A stretch of DNA of 64,000 nt, taken from a virus. The notes beneath the pieces were generated by a model that ran no database searches, had not been told where the DNA came from, and saw nothing but the letters and a program-made list of their open reading frames with translations. Where the stretch lies: positions 24,567-88,566 of IMG/VR virus record IMGVR_UViG_3300025732_000026; one strand, 5' to 3'. Position numbers and translations under genes: made by a program. Positions 38,872 through 47,782 of the stretch are shown piece by piece (the stretch's first letter is position 1; each line of letters begins with the position of its first letter).

Positions 38872-39734
38872 AAATAAATGGTAAAGAATTGGAAAAATCT
38901 TTTATTTTTCCAGCGGGTGAAGTACAAATAAAATTACCTAAATTCCACATTAATGGTAAAGAAAATAAAATAGTAGTGGAAACAGTTATCGATTCATCTG
39001 ATAAAATTATGGAATTGCTTCTAGTCAAAGAAGCGTTAGATAATTATTATTCTTGTTATTATACTAAATTGATTCTACATTATTTACCATATGCTAGACA
39101 AGATAGACGTTGTGCAGATGATGAATCATTTGCTGGTAAAGTTGCAATTGAATTGATTGATAATCTATGTTTTTCTGAAATTGAAATAGCAGATATACAT
39201 AATGTGAATTTACTGAATCATTTTATTCGAACTAAAGTTAAACATATTTCGGTATTGGATATCATAACAAAAAATAGTGATATTCTTCAATATGTTAATA
39301 CTATAATTGCGCCCGATAAGGGCGCATTGGATAAAGTAAAGGAAATAGCTGACACATATAAAAAAGATTTTCTATTCGCAACCAAAAAACGAGATGTAAA
39401 TACTGGTAAAATTACTGATTTATGTTTTGAATTCGATGATGATGTGTTATATCAGAAAATTCTTAACAAGAATATATTGATTATAGATGATATTGTGGAT
39501 GCGGGTGGAACATTTATTGGATTGGCAAAAATAATCAACCATTATCTACCAAAATCGCTATCATTATATGTTACGCATGGCATTTTTAGCAAAGGACTCG
39601 AATCACTCTTTCAATCAAAAATTGATCGGATATATACTACACGATCATTTTTTAATTGGGATAGAATTTATAATAAATGCCCCCAAGATATGATTTATAA
39701 AAAAGAGCAAAAATTAAATATTATTGATATTTAG
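38868..39734 (+). CDS. prs: Ribose-phosphate pyrophosphokinase-like protein (NARP1 Adps candidate)
   Basis: FPAGE, YLPYARQDR, DIH, APDKGA, IDDIVDAGGTF, VTHGIFSKG. Confidence 0.9.
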   Translation: MKINGKELEKSFIFPAGEVQIKLPKFHINGKENKIVVETVIDSSDKIMELLLVKEALDNYYSCYYTKLILHYLPYARQDRRCADDESFAGKVAIELIDNLCFSEIEIADIHNVNLLNHFIRTKVKHISVLDIITKNSDILQYVNTIIAPDKGALDKVKEIADTYKKDFLFATKKRDVNTGKITDLCFEFDDDVLYQKILNKNILIIDDIVDAGGTFIGLAKIINHYLPKSLSLYVTHGIFSKGLESLFQSKIDRIYTTRSFFNWDRIYNKCPQDMIYKKEQKLNIIDI

Positions 39735-39742
39735 AGGATATT

Positions 39743-41497
39743 ATGAGAAATAGCGCAATTAATCAAATTGATTTTTATAAAACAGGACATATTCAGCAAT
39801 ATCCCACAAACACAGAATATGTATATTCCAATTTTACTGCAAGATCAAATAACAAATCAAATATTGAAAATTCTAAAGGCGTAGTTTTTATTGGATTACA
39901 GTTATTCATTAAAGACTATCTAATAGATGAATGGAATAATACTTTTTTCGAAATGGATAAATCATTTGTTGTTGATAAGTATCAGCGACAAATATCTAAT
40001 GCATTAGGATACACTGTAGATGTTTCTCATATTGCTGATTTACATGATCTAGGTTATTTACCTATACATATTAAGGCATTACCAGAAGGTTCATTTGTAC
40101 CATATAAAATACCATTATTAACTATAGTTAATACATTACCGGAATTTTATTGGTTGCCAAATTATCTTGAAAGTGTTATATCAAATGAACTTTGGCCAAT
40201 GACTACATCCGCAACAACATATTTTGAGTATTTAAAAACATTTCATTTATATGCTGATTTGACGGGCGCTGATAAAAATTTTATTCCATTTCAAGCACAT
40301 GATTTCTCTTTTCGCGGAATGTTTGGTAGAGATGCCGCGGCAAAATCAGCATTTGCTGCAATAGCATGTGGTTCAATGGGTACAGATTCTTTACCAGGAA
40401 TTGATATTGCAGAAACATACTATAACGCAACTGAGGAATTTATTGCGGGATCGGTAAATGCGACTGAACATAGTGTTATGTCTAGTAATATAGAACTATT
40501 AATTGATGATATTACCGATAGAAGTCAAGCTGAATTTGATACATTTAAACGATTGATAGTTGATGTCTATCCGACAGGAAATATAAGTATCGTTTCAGAT
40601 ACATTTGATTTTTGGAATGTTGTATCAAATATTTTGCCTGGGTTGAAGAGTATCATTATGGAACGTGATGGTAAGGTTATTATTAGACCTGATAGTGGTG
40701 ATCCAGTAGATATTCTATGTGGTAAATGGAATCATATGTTTCATGATTTTGATACGAACGGATGTATTTTGAATAACATTGAAGAGTGTTTGCGTAAAAT
40801 GCAAAATATGATGCTATCATGGAATACGACATGTGATCCTAAAGATATACAAGATATATTCGCATATTTCAAATTTAAAAATAAATATTACAAAGTTGAT
40901 ATGTTGTGTGAATGGAAGATATTAGCTGCGAATGAGGATAGAAAATCTGATATTGCTCGCTTGGATAATTTTAAATTAACTCATAGAGCGATTACACCAA
41001 CACCTCAACAATTGGGATTGATAGAATCATTATGGAATATATTTGGCGGAAAAGTGAATGATAAAGGATTTAAAACTCTCGATTCACATATTGGCGCAAT
41101 ATATGGCGATTCTATAACATTAGATCGGCAAAAACAGATATTACATGGATTGAAACTTAAGGGATTTGCATCAGATAATGTTGTATTGGGCGTTGGGTCA
41201 TTTTCATACCAATATATCACGAGAGATACACATGGATTTGCAATGAAAGCAACGTCTATTGTGGTCGATGGTAAAAGATATGATATATTTAAGGATCCTA
41301 AAACAGATTCTGGAACTAAAAAATCAGCTAGAGGATTATTGATGGTATCGCATATTAATGGTAAATATGAATTGAAGGATCAATGCACTGAAAGAGAGGA
41401 AAAGCATGGTTGTCTTGAAACAGTATATTTGGATGGCTGTATCTCTAAAGAGTATACATTGAAAGATATACGAGATAGGGTTAAATTATATTTATAA
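39743..41497 (+). CDS. nadV: Nicotinamide phosphoribosyltransferase-like protein (NARP1 Namat candidate)
   Basis: DFYKTGH, HDFSFRG, ATEHSVM, SIVSDT, RPDSGDP, IYGDSIT, KDPKTD..KKSA.G. Confidence 0.92.
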   Translation: MRNSAINQIDFYKTGHIQQYPTNTEYVYSNFTARSNNKSNIENSKGVVFIGLQLFIKDYLIDEWNNTFFEMDKSFVVDKYQRQISNALGYTVDVSHIADLHDLGYLPIHIKALPEGSFVPYKIPLLTIVNTLPEFYWLPNYLESVISNELWPMTTSATTYFEYLKTFHLYADLTGADKNFIPFQAHDFSFRGMFGRDAAAKSAFAAIACGSMGTDSLPGIDIAETYYNATEEFIAGSVNATEHSVMSSNIELLIDDITDRSQAEFDTFKRLIVDVYPTGNISIVSDTFDFWNVVSNILPGLKSIIMERDGKVIIRPDSGDPVDILCGKWNHMFHDFDTNGCILNNIEECLRKMQNMMLSWNTTCDPKDIQDIFAYFKFKNKYYKVDMLCEWKILAANEDRKSDIARLDNFKLTHRAITPTPQQLGLIESLWNIFGGKVNDKGFKTLDSHIGAIYGDSITLDRQKQILHGLKLKGFASDNVVLGVGSFSYQYITRDTHGFAMKATSIVVDGKRYDIFKDPKTDSGTKKSARGLLMVSHINGKYELKDQCTEREEKHGCLETVYLDGCISKEYTLKDIRDRVKLYL

Positions 41498-41503
41498 GAA
41501 TAG

Positions 41504-41511
41504 CATAAATA
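41504..41511 (+). promoter_or_regulatory. Late promoter variant CATAAATA
   Basis: Upstream of the putative lysis membrane genes. Confidence 0.5.
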
Positions 41512-41541
41512 CTTCTATGATAAATAATCATAGGAGAAAAA

Positions 41542-41841
41542 ATGTTCAACAAAATCCGAGCCGTAATCAGCTTACCCGAAGTTTTTCAACAAGGAAAAAT
41601 GTTAACGGATGCCGCAGCATGGAAACGAGGAAATATCGCAGTATCAATGGTAACAGGTTTTCTGGCAAGTATTGTCGCAATTGCCAAATTATTTGGATAT
41701 GAACTTCCGCTCACCGACGATCAAATTGTTACTATTGGTGGTGCTATTTTCGCGGTTACAGGGATGTTCCTTCATCCAACTCTCGAAGTCGCAACTACCG
41801 AAAAGTTGGGTGTGGCTCCAAAAAAACGAAGTAACAATTGA
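41542..41841 (+). CDS. Holin-like membrane protein
   Basis: AGGAG SD, two TM helices, basic C-terminus. Confidence 0.55.
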   Translation: MFNKIRAVISLPEVFQQGKMLTDAAAWKRGNIAVSMVTGFLASIVAIAKLFGYELPLTDDQIVTIGGAIFAVTGMFLHPTLEVATTEKLGVAPKKRSNN

Positions 41842-41974
41842 TATTAGACCAACCGTTATGCCATCCGCTCAAATAGATGGCATTTATATAAAAGATAGTA
41901 CACCATTATTAGGTGGTAGTAGATTTTCCAATCTAAATGGTTTAGGATTAGAAGTAGAAATTAAATATAAATAG
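41699..41974 (+). CDS. Overlapping putative lipoprotein (spanin-like)
   Basis: Signal-like MNFRSPTIKLLLLVVLFSRLQG|C, in a different frame overlapping the holin-like ORF. Confidence 0.4.
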   Translation: MNFRSPTIKLLLLVVLFSRLQGCSFIQLSKSQLPKSWVWLQKNEVTIDIRPTVMPSAQIDGIYIKDSTPLLGGSRFSNLNGLGLEVEIKYK

Positions 41975-41984
41975 GAGAAATAAA

Positions 41985-42245
41985 ATGACTTTTTTAGAAA
42001 AAGTGAAGATGGTATTAGGATTACTTCCAGTAATTATTGATACAATCAAGGCGATTGAAAATGCGATTCCAGTTGAAGGTAAAGGTAAGGATAAATTAGA
42101 ATTGGTTAAAAATGTACTACAAACAACCTTCGAAACGTCAAATCAGAGTTTAGAATTGTTTCAAGATGTATGGCCAACTTTACAATCAGTTATTAGCGCC
42201 GTTGTAGCAACATTCAATACTCTTGGTATTTTCAAGAATAAATAA
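41985..42245 (+). CDS. Small amphipathic, holin-like protein
   Basis: AGGAG SD; IKAIENAIP..GKGKDKLELV...ISAVVATFN. Confidence 0.55.
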   Translation: MTFLEKVKMVLGLLPVIIDTIKAIENAIPVEGKGKDKLELVKNVLQTTFETSNQSLELFQDVWPTLQSVISAVVATFNTLGIFKNK

Positions 42246-42267
42246 TAACAATATTATTTAATTAATT

Positions 42268-42294
42268 AAATGCCAGTTTAATACTGGCATTTTT
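42268..42294 (+). terminator. Rho-independent terminator
   Basis: AAATGCCAGT-loop-ACTGGCATTT followed by a T-run. Confidence 0.75.
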
Positions 42295-42928
42295 GTATAT
42301 TTTGAAGAAATATAAATGCGTTGTTTGTGATGAGGATGCTAGAAAGAATAGAAAATTTTGTTCTACTAAGTGCATGGTGAAATATAATCATGAGCTATTG
42401 AATCCTACAAAATCAGCAATTCCTAATACCATCTGTCCAAGATGTGGGAAGGAACACAATAAACCTAAATATTGTAAAAATTGTCATGAAGAACTTGCGC
42501 GAGAAGCACATATTGCGAATGTGACTTATCGGCAACCTAGTAATTGTTTACAATGTGGTAAACTATTTAAAACACAGTTCAAACATCAAAAATTCTGTTG
42601 CCTTGAATGTGCTTATATTCATAGACAGACAATTCCTAGAATTGCTAAAATATGTCCAACATGTAAAAAAGAATACTATTCAAAACATGATCATTGTTCA
42701 GTTAGATGTCGAGCAAATAATCCAAAACATAACTATAAATTTCAGCGTGGTTCATTAGCATATAAGCAGAGTCCGGAAGGAATAGCCAGTTATAAATTAA
42801 AAAGAAAAAATTTAATTAGCTTGAATAAAAAAGAACATTATGTTATACCAAAACAAGAGGATTTTCTTATAGATATTCCTGTTGAACCAGATTTATCTGA
42901 ATATGAAGATTATCCAACAGATTTCTAA
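42293..42928 (+). CDS. Multi-CxxC zinc-finger protein
   Basis: About eight CxxC/CxxxC pairs (FCSTKC, FCCLEC, HCSVRC); start codon uncertain. Confidence 0.55.
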   Translation: MYILKKYKCVVCDEDARKNRKFCSTKCMVKYNHELLNPTKSAIPNTICPRCGKEHNKPKYCKNCHEELAREAHIANVTYRQPSNCLQCGKLFKTQFKHQKFCCLECAYIHRQTIPRIAKICPTCKKEYYSKHDHCSVRCRANNPKHNYKFQRGSLAYKQSPEGIASYKLKRKNLISLNKKEHYVIPKQEDFLIDIPVEPDLSEYEDYPTDF

Positions 42929-42935
42929 AAAATGA

Positions 42936-42963
42936 TTGACAAAATTTCTTAAAGTAGTATAAT
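42936..42963 (+). promoter_or_regulatory. Sigma70-type promoter
   Basis: TTGACA-16 nt-TATAAT. Confidence 0.65.
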
Positions 42964-42995
42964 TGTTATTACATTTTAATTTATGAGTATTATAT

Positions 42996-43175
42996 ATGAA
43001 AACATTTTTAGAACATTTAAAACCGAAAGATGGGGAAATCGACCATGTTTCGCTAATGAAACATCATAAAAAAGCTGCGATTGAAGCGTTACGAAAGAAT
43101 GATCATGATGCAGCCGCCTATCATTCTAAAGAATTCAATAAACATGAAGAAGCATTGAAAAATGCCACATATTGA
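42996..43175 (+). CDS. Small His/Lys-rich protein with a capsid-targeting-like N-terminus (59 aa, not in track)
   Basis: MKTFLEHLK..., directly downstream of the promoter. Confidence 0.55.
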   Translation: MKTFLEHLKPKDGEIDHVSLMKHHKKAAIEALRKNDHDAAAYHSKEFNKHEEALKNATY

Positions 43176-43620
43176 ATCTCGAAAAGCTTTTTGGTTTGAT
43201 GAAAAAACCATAGAGAGTGTAGAGAAAAAATATGGAGTCAAGTATATTGGATATTGGTGTGTTGAAGGCGCAAATGTACAATGGGCATCTAATCCAGTGG
43301 ATGTATTCTATCAACCCAATCCTAATACTGAATTAGGACATTCGAATTATTTTGGTATTTTTTCGTGGATGGGGGAGTGGCGTATTTGCAATGCTGATTC
43401 AGCATTTTCTGTACCAATAACTGGTATTTTAGAAAATGGTGTAGTATATGTATCCAGGTATCGACATGATAGTGTTTGCACTCCTAATGGAAATTGTATT
43501 GACGGTGGCAGGGATTATGTTAACATAAACAAAAATGCATCGCCGATAGAATTAGTTAATGTTAGAGTTGTTGATGGTGAATTTATTTTTGAAAAGAGGA
43601 TTGAAGAAAATGACAAATAA
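43162..43620 (+). CDS. Conserved phage hypothetical protein
   Basis: HSNYFG, YVSRYRHD, IDGGRDY. Confidence 0.7.
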   Translation: MPHIESRKAFWFDEKTIESVEKKYGVKYIGYWCVEGANVQWASNPVDVFYQPNPNTELGHSNYFGIFSWMGEWRICNADSAFSVPITGILENGVVYVSRYRHDSVCTPNGNCIDGGRDYVNINKNASPIELVNVRVVDGEFIFEKRIEENDK

Positions 43621-43918
43621 TGCAAATTTACAAAAAATGATTGCAAAGATTCGTTTTACAATAAATGACTTGGAAACAGATGGTCGCCAATTACGTGCAT
43701 TATTGATATATAACTATCGAAAAGCGAATCCTATTACAGCCGACGGTCAATATTCATTTCACTTATATAATGCATATTGTGATCAATATCGAAAAAATCG
43801 AAATGATCTTGCAACCTATGTTGATTTGATGAAAAATCTGAAACAACAATTAAGAGAATCGAATTCTCGTTATTCTATTACGATTGATGTGCCGGAATTT
43901 CTTAAGAAGCAGGCATAA
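43610..43918 (+). CDS. Hypothetical protein
   Basis: ORF coupled to its neighbours. Confidence 0.55.
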   Translation: MTNNANLQKMIAKIRFTINDLETDGRQLRALLIYNYRKANPITADGQYSFHLYNAYCDQYRKNRNDLATYVDLMKNLKQQLRESNSRYSITIDVPEFLKKQA

Positions 43919-43919
43919 T

Positions 43920-45230
43920 ATGAAGAATTACTATAATATTATTCTTTTGTTGAAATCTAGTGCATCAAGATTGCAAAAAGAGAAAATTCTAACTGAAAAT
44001 TCCGATGATGAAATTTTCAGAAAAATTTTTCAGTTAACATATAATCCATATATTAATTTTTATATTAAGAAAATTCCAGAACATTTCACTCATGCCGCAG
44101 CATTGACGTTAAATGAAACGTTACCAATGTTGGATAAATTGATTGATAGAACATTTACTGGAAATCATGGTATCAAATATCTGAAAAATATTTTAGAATT
44201 GTCATCATCGGATGACGGTAAAATTATCGAATTAATTATTAAAAAAGATTTAGATTGTGGTGTTAGTGTTGCAACTATCAACAAAATATGGCCGAAATTG
44301 ATTCCAGAATTCAAAATAATGAAATGCCATGATTCAATTGAACATATTAAATTTCCAGCAATTGCGCAACCTAAGATTGATTCTAGTCGGTGTGTAATTG
44401 AATGTTTAAATGCTGATACTGGAGATTTTATTGCGTATAGTTCATCTGGTCGAGAAATTGATATTGGTGACAAGTTTAAGAGTTCAGTTCAACTATTAAT
44501 GCGAACTGGTGAGAAATTTGATGGTGAATTAATATGTTATGAAAATTCGTCATTGACAGCCAAACCATTGGATAGAAAAACATCTAATGGCATTATATCA
44601 AAAGCAATTAAAAGAACTATTGCCGATTATGAACAAGATATTTTGAGATTTATTGTTTGGGATATAGTTGATGAAACTTCTAGTATACCATATTTGCAAC
44701 GTTTGGGTAGTTTAGCTGGTAGATTTTTTGCGGAAGGTATTCCACATAAAATATCATTGATTAATTATAAAACTGTTGATACAATTGATGATGCATATCA
44801 ATATTTTGATGAAATTGTACAACAAGGTGGTGAAGGAATTATTGTCAAAAATTATGATAATTTATGGGAAGGTAGACGAGTAAAATCCCAAGGAAAATTA
44901 AAAGAGGAATATGAATGTGAACTTAGAATCATTGAATTAGTAGACCATAAAAAGAAGGTTGGACAAATAGGAGCATTTGTTTGTCAAACCGAATGTGGTA
45001 AAGGAATGTTTCAAGTAGGTTCAGGATTAACAGATGAAATTAGATCGATGTTGCCATCACAACTAATCGATAAAATTATTACTGTTAGATTTAATCAATT
45101 AATACATAATAAGTCAGATGAATCAACAAATTTATATTTACCTAGATTTGTAGAATTCCGGCACGATAAATTGGAAGCCGACACTTTACAGCGAATTAGT
45201 GATATTTACATGTCTAAGGAAAGAAAATGA
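43920..45230 (+). CDS. 30: ATP-dependent DNA ligase
   Basis: KKDLDCGVS..TINK.WP, motif I KIDSSR, DGEL, EGIIVKN, VGSGLTD, LYLPRF..FR.DK. Confidence 0.9.
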   Translation: MKNYYNIILLLKSSASRLQKEKILTENSDDEIFRKIFQLTYNPYINFYIKKIPEHFTHAAALTLNETLPMLDKLIDRTFTGNHGIKYLKNILELSSSDDGKIIELIIKKDLDCGVSVATINKIWPKLIPEFKIMKCHDSIEHIKFPAIAQPKIDSSRCVIECLNADTGDFIAYSSSGREIDIGDKFKSSVQLLMRTGEKFDGELICYENSSLTAKPLDRKTSNGIISKAIKRTIADYEQDILRFIVWDIVDETSSIPYLQRLGSLAGRFFAEGIPHKISLINYKTVDTIDDAYQYFDEIVQQGGEGIIVKNYDNLWEGRRVKSQGKLKEEYECELRIIELVDHKKKVGQIGAFVCQTECGKGMFQVGSGLTDEIRSMLPSQLIDKIITVRFNQLIHNKSDESTNLYLPRFVEFRHDKLEADTLQRISDIYMSKERK

Positions 45231-45285
45231 TGTATTTATTATTATATTCGAATATATTTTTAGTATTTTATTTTATGGCGACTAT

Positions 45286-45615
45286 ATGATTAAATTTGTA
45301 TTAATGATTATTTTACTGTATTCTGTTAATGTGAATGCAGAAATTGTTGATTCAAGATATTGCGGTGAACCTAAGAGAACAGTATCGGGTAAAATTAAAC
45401 GTGATTCTAAAATAATTCGAGAATTTAAGAAATTGTATCCAATTCCATCTGAATTATCCCATATTGAATGGGAAATAGATCATATTATCCCATTAGATCG
45501 AGGTGGGTGCCACAATGTAATGAATCTGCAATATCTTCCTAAAGAAATTAAATCATCTACTAATCCACTAGCAAAAGATCGCTGGGAAAGAAAGCTGTAT
45601 CCTAAAAATTATTGA
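45286..45615 (+). CDS. HNH-like protein with a signal peptide
   Basis: MIKFVLMIILLYSVNVNA signal; EIDHIIPL.RGG....NLQ. Confidence 0.65.
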   Translation: MIKFVLMIILLYSVNVNAEIVDSRYCGEPKRTVSGKIKRDSKIIREFKKLYPIPSELSHIEWEIDHIIPLDRGGCHNVMNLQYLPKEIKSSTNPLAKDRWERKLYPKNY

Positions 45616-45630
45616 GACTAAATTGGAGAA

Positions 45631-46113
45631 ATGAAAATGGAAAGATTCGATGTCACTGGTGAAATAACTAAAAATGATAATGGATATTTCATCAAATATT
45701 CTGATTTTTTAAACTATCAGAAAATTTTATTGAATAAAATTCAAGAAATGGAAGATGCATTGGCAAAATCAAATATTCATATAGATAATTTATCAGTTCA
45801 AGATGCTAAAAATATTGAAAAAGAACTCGCAAATTTCCTATACACATCTGATCCAATGGGTACCAATTGTGTTGAAAATGGTTTATTAGATGAGTACGAT
45901 ATTGACGCTAAATTGATTCTAATGAATATTCGAACTTTTATTAATGGAATGTTTCCTTTTGATAAAACATTAATTAAAGACGGTATCAAATGGGCAGTTA
46001 CAAAAGTATTTGATGACAATTATTCGCCATTGAAATTAGACAAATCCCGAGCAAGTGATATTGTTAAATTTTTACAATTGAAAATAGGAGATTTTATTCA
46101 TGAGAAACACTAA
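45631..46113 (+). CDS. Hypothetical protein
   Basis: GGAG SD. Confidence 0.6.
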   Translation: MKMERFDVTGEITKNDNGYFIKYSDFLNYQKILLNKIQEMEDALAKSNIHIDNLSVQDAKNIEKELANFLYTSDPMGTNCVENGLLDEYDIDAKLILMNIRTFINGMFPFDKTLIKDGIKWAVTKVFDDNYSPLKLDKSRASDIVKFLQLKIGDFIHEKH

Positions 46114-46669
46114 TGAAATTTTAGCTCATTGGTATGAACAATTAACTAAAATTTATAAATTTGCACATCGAAAAAATTTATTAATTAATTTGCGATCTTT
46201 AATTAAAGATATGGAACAGAATGCTATTGTCAAAACTTCTTGGAATAATTCAGATGTTGATATTGCAAGATTGGATTTAATAAATCATCAATTGGCAGTA
46301 GGATTCGTTAAAATTGATGCGGAATATGTTCCGCTTTTTCCAGATGATATTGTTTATGTTGATAAAAAGAAATATGCTATAACTGAGTCCAACATGTTTG
46401 ATGATACTATTTGTCGTGCTAGAGAATGTGATACTAATGCAATAACATATCTTGCATTTGAAGACATGTTATTAAATCCAACTGTTGAGTATGTGGAGAT
46501 AGATGGTATTACAATAATTAAACCTAGACGTATTGATGCATCACAAATCGTCGTAAATTATAACAATATTAATACGCGAATATATATGTATGATAGAGTG
46601 TGGTATGAATTTGATAGTGTAGACGATAAAAAACATGCAATTTCATATATTGAAAAAATTTTCAAATAA
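46100..46669 (+). CDS. Hypothetical protein
   Basis: AGGAG SD. Confidence 0.6.
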   Translation: MRNTNEILAHWYEQLTKIYKFAHRKNLLINLRSLIKDMEQNAIVKTSWNNSDVDIARLDLINHQLAVGFVKIDAEYVPLFPDDIVYVDKKKYAITESNMFDDTICRARECDTNAITYLAFEDMLLNPTVEYVEIDGITIIKPRRIDASQIVVNYNNINTRIYMYDRVWYEFDSVDDKKHAISYIEKIFK

Positions 46670-46672
46670 TTG

Positions 46673-46700
46673 TTGACTTTAAGAAAAAAATCTGTATAAT
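46673..46700 (+). promoter_or_regulatory. Early sigma70 promoter
   Basis: TTGACT-16 nt-TATAAT with an AAGAAA spacer shared with other early promoters. Confidence 0.65.
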
Positions 46701-46746
46701 TGACTTTGTTGTTTAATTTTATTAATTTTTGAGGGGGTATTATAAC

Positions 46747-47709
46747 ATGGCAGCAGAAATCGATCTGAGTAACGGCACTCCAGCAATGGCTTTTATCGGC
46801 AATCGTAAAGATATATGGCATGGTTTAGGACAGGAATTGCAGATTAATTCGCCAATTGAAGTATGGATTAAAGAAGCTGGATTTGATTGGGATATTATTG
46901 AATCAGATGTGAAATTTCAGAATGAAGGTGAAGAATTACTTTTCACTGGTAAAAAGGTGTTATCAAGATCAGATAATAAAATTCCATTGGCAATTGTAAG
47001 TGATGCTTACAAAACAGTTCAACCTAAACAAGTATTGGAATTTTTTCGAGATATTGTATCAGATTCTGGTATGCATCTATCAACCGCTGGTTGCTTGTTT
47101 GATGGAAAGAAATTTTGGGCACTGGCAAACACTGGTAATTCATTGGTTCTTAATACTGGCGATAAAATAGATGGACATCTGTTACTATCATCTTCTTGTG
47201 ATGGCACTAATGCGACTACCGCTAGTTTCGTCTCAACTAGAGTTGTATGCAACAATACGCTAAACGTGGCATTGAATGAAGATATTGGCAAACATCGAGT
47301 TAAAGTTACACATCGTCAAGTTTTTGATGCAACTAAAATCAAACAAAAACTTGGATTAATTGATGATGCATGGGATAAATTCAAGGATAATATTATATCA
47401 CTTACGAATTTTAAAGTTTCAGATAGTGATGCTCATAAATTTATCTCAGATATTATTAAACAAGAATTTACTCCAACACATGCTGAGGTATTAGAAATTA
47501 ATCGTGTGTATTCCCTGTATGCTGGTGCAGGAAAGGGATCCGATGCATGTCGTAATACAGCATTTGGTATCTTAAATGCCTTTACGGAGAAAGTAGATCA
47601 TTATAGTAACGGACATTCAAATTCTTCCAAATTTTGGAATGCTGCGTATGGTTCTGGTGCTAAAATGAAAGATAATGCCTTTACCCAATTATTGCAATTG
47701 GCGGCATAA
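46747..47709 (+). CDS. DUF932 / TIGR03299-family phage-plasmid protein
   Basis: WHGLG, AG.DW, Y..VQP, TAG.L..GKKFWALA, RVVCNNTL, NAFTE.VDH. Confidence 0.85.
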   Translation: MAAEIDLSNGTPAMAFIGNRKDIWHGLGQELQINSPIEVWIKEAGFDWDIIESDVKFQNEGEELLFTGKKVLSRSDNKIPLAIVSDAYKTVQPKQVLEFFRDIVSDSGMHLSTAGCLFDGKKFWALANTGNSLVLNTGDKIDGHLLLSSSCDGTNATTASFVSTRVVCNNTLNVALNEDIGKHRVKVTHRQVFDATKIKQKLGLIDDAWDKFKDNIISLTNFKVSDSDAHKFISDIIKQEFTPTHAEVLEINRVYSLYAGAGKGSDACRNTAFGILNAFTEKVDHYSNGHSNSSKFWNAAYGSGAKMKDNAFTQLLQLAA

Positions 47710-47782
47710 AAGTTTCATCAAATTGATGAAAAATGGGTGTTAATCACACCCATTAGTTTAGTTTAATTTTTAGGAGAATGTT

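Noticed and set aside
42293-42928. Intact homing endonuclease
   Set aside because: Zinc-finger repeats are present, but no HNH, GIY-YIG or PD-(D/E)xK catalytic motif is recognisable.
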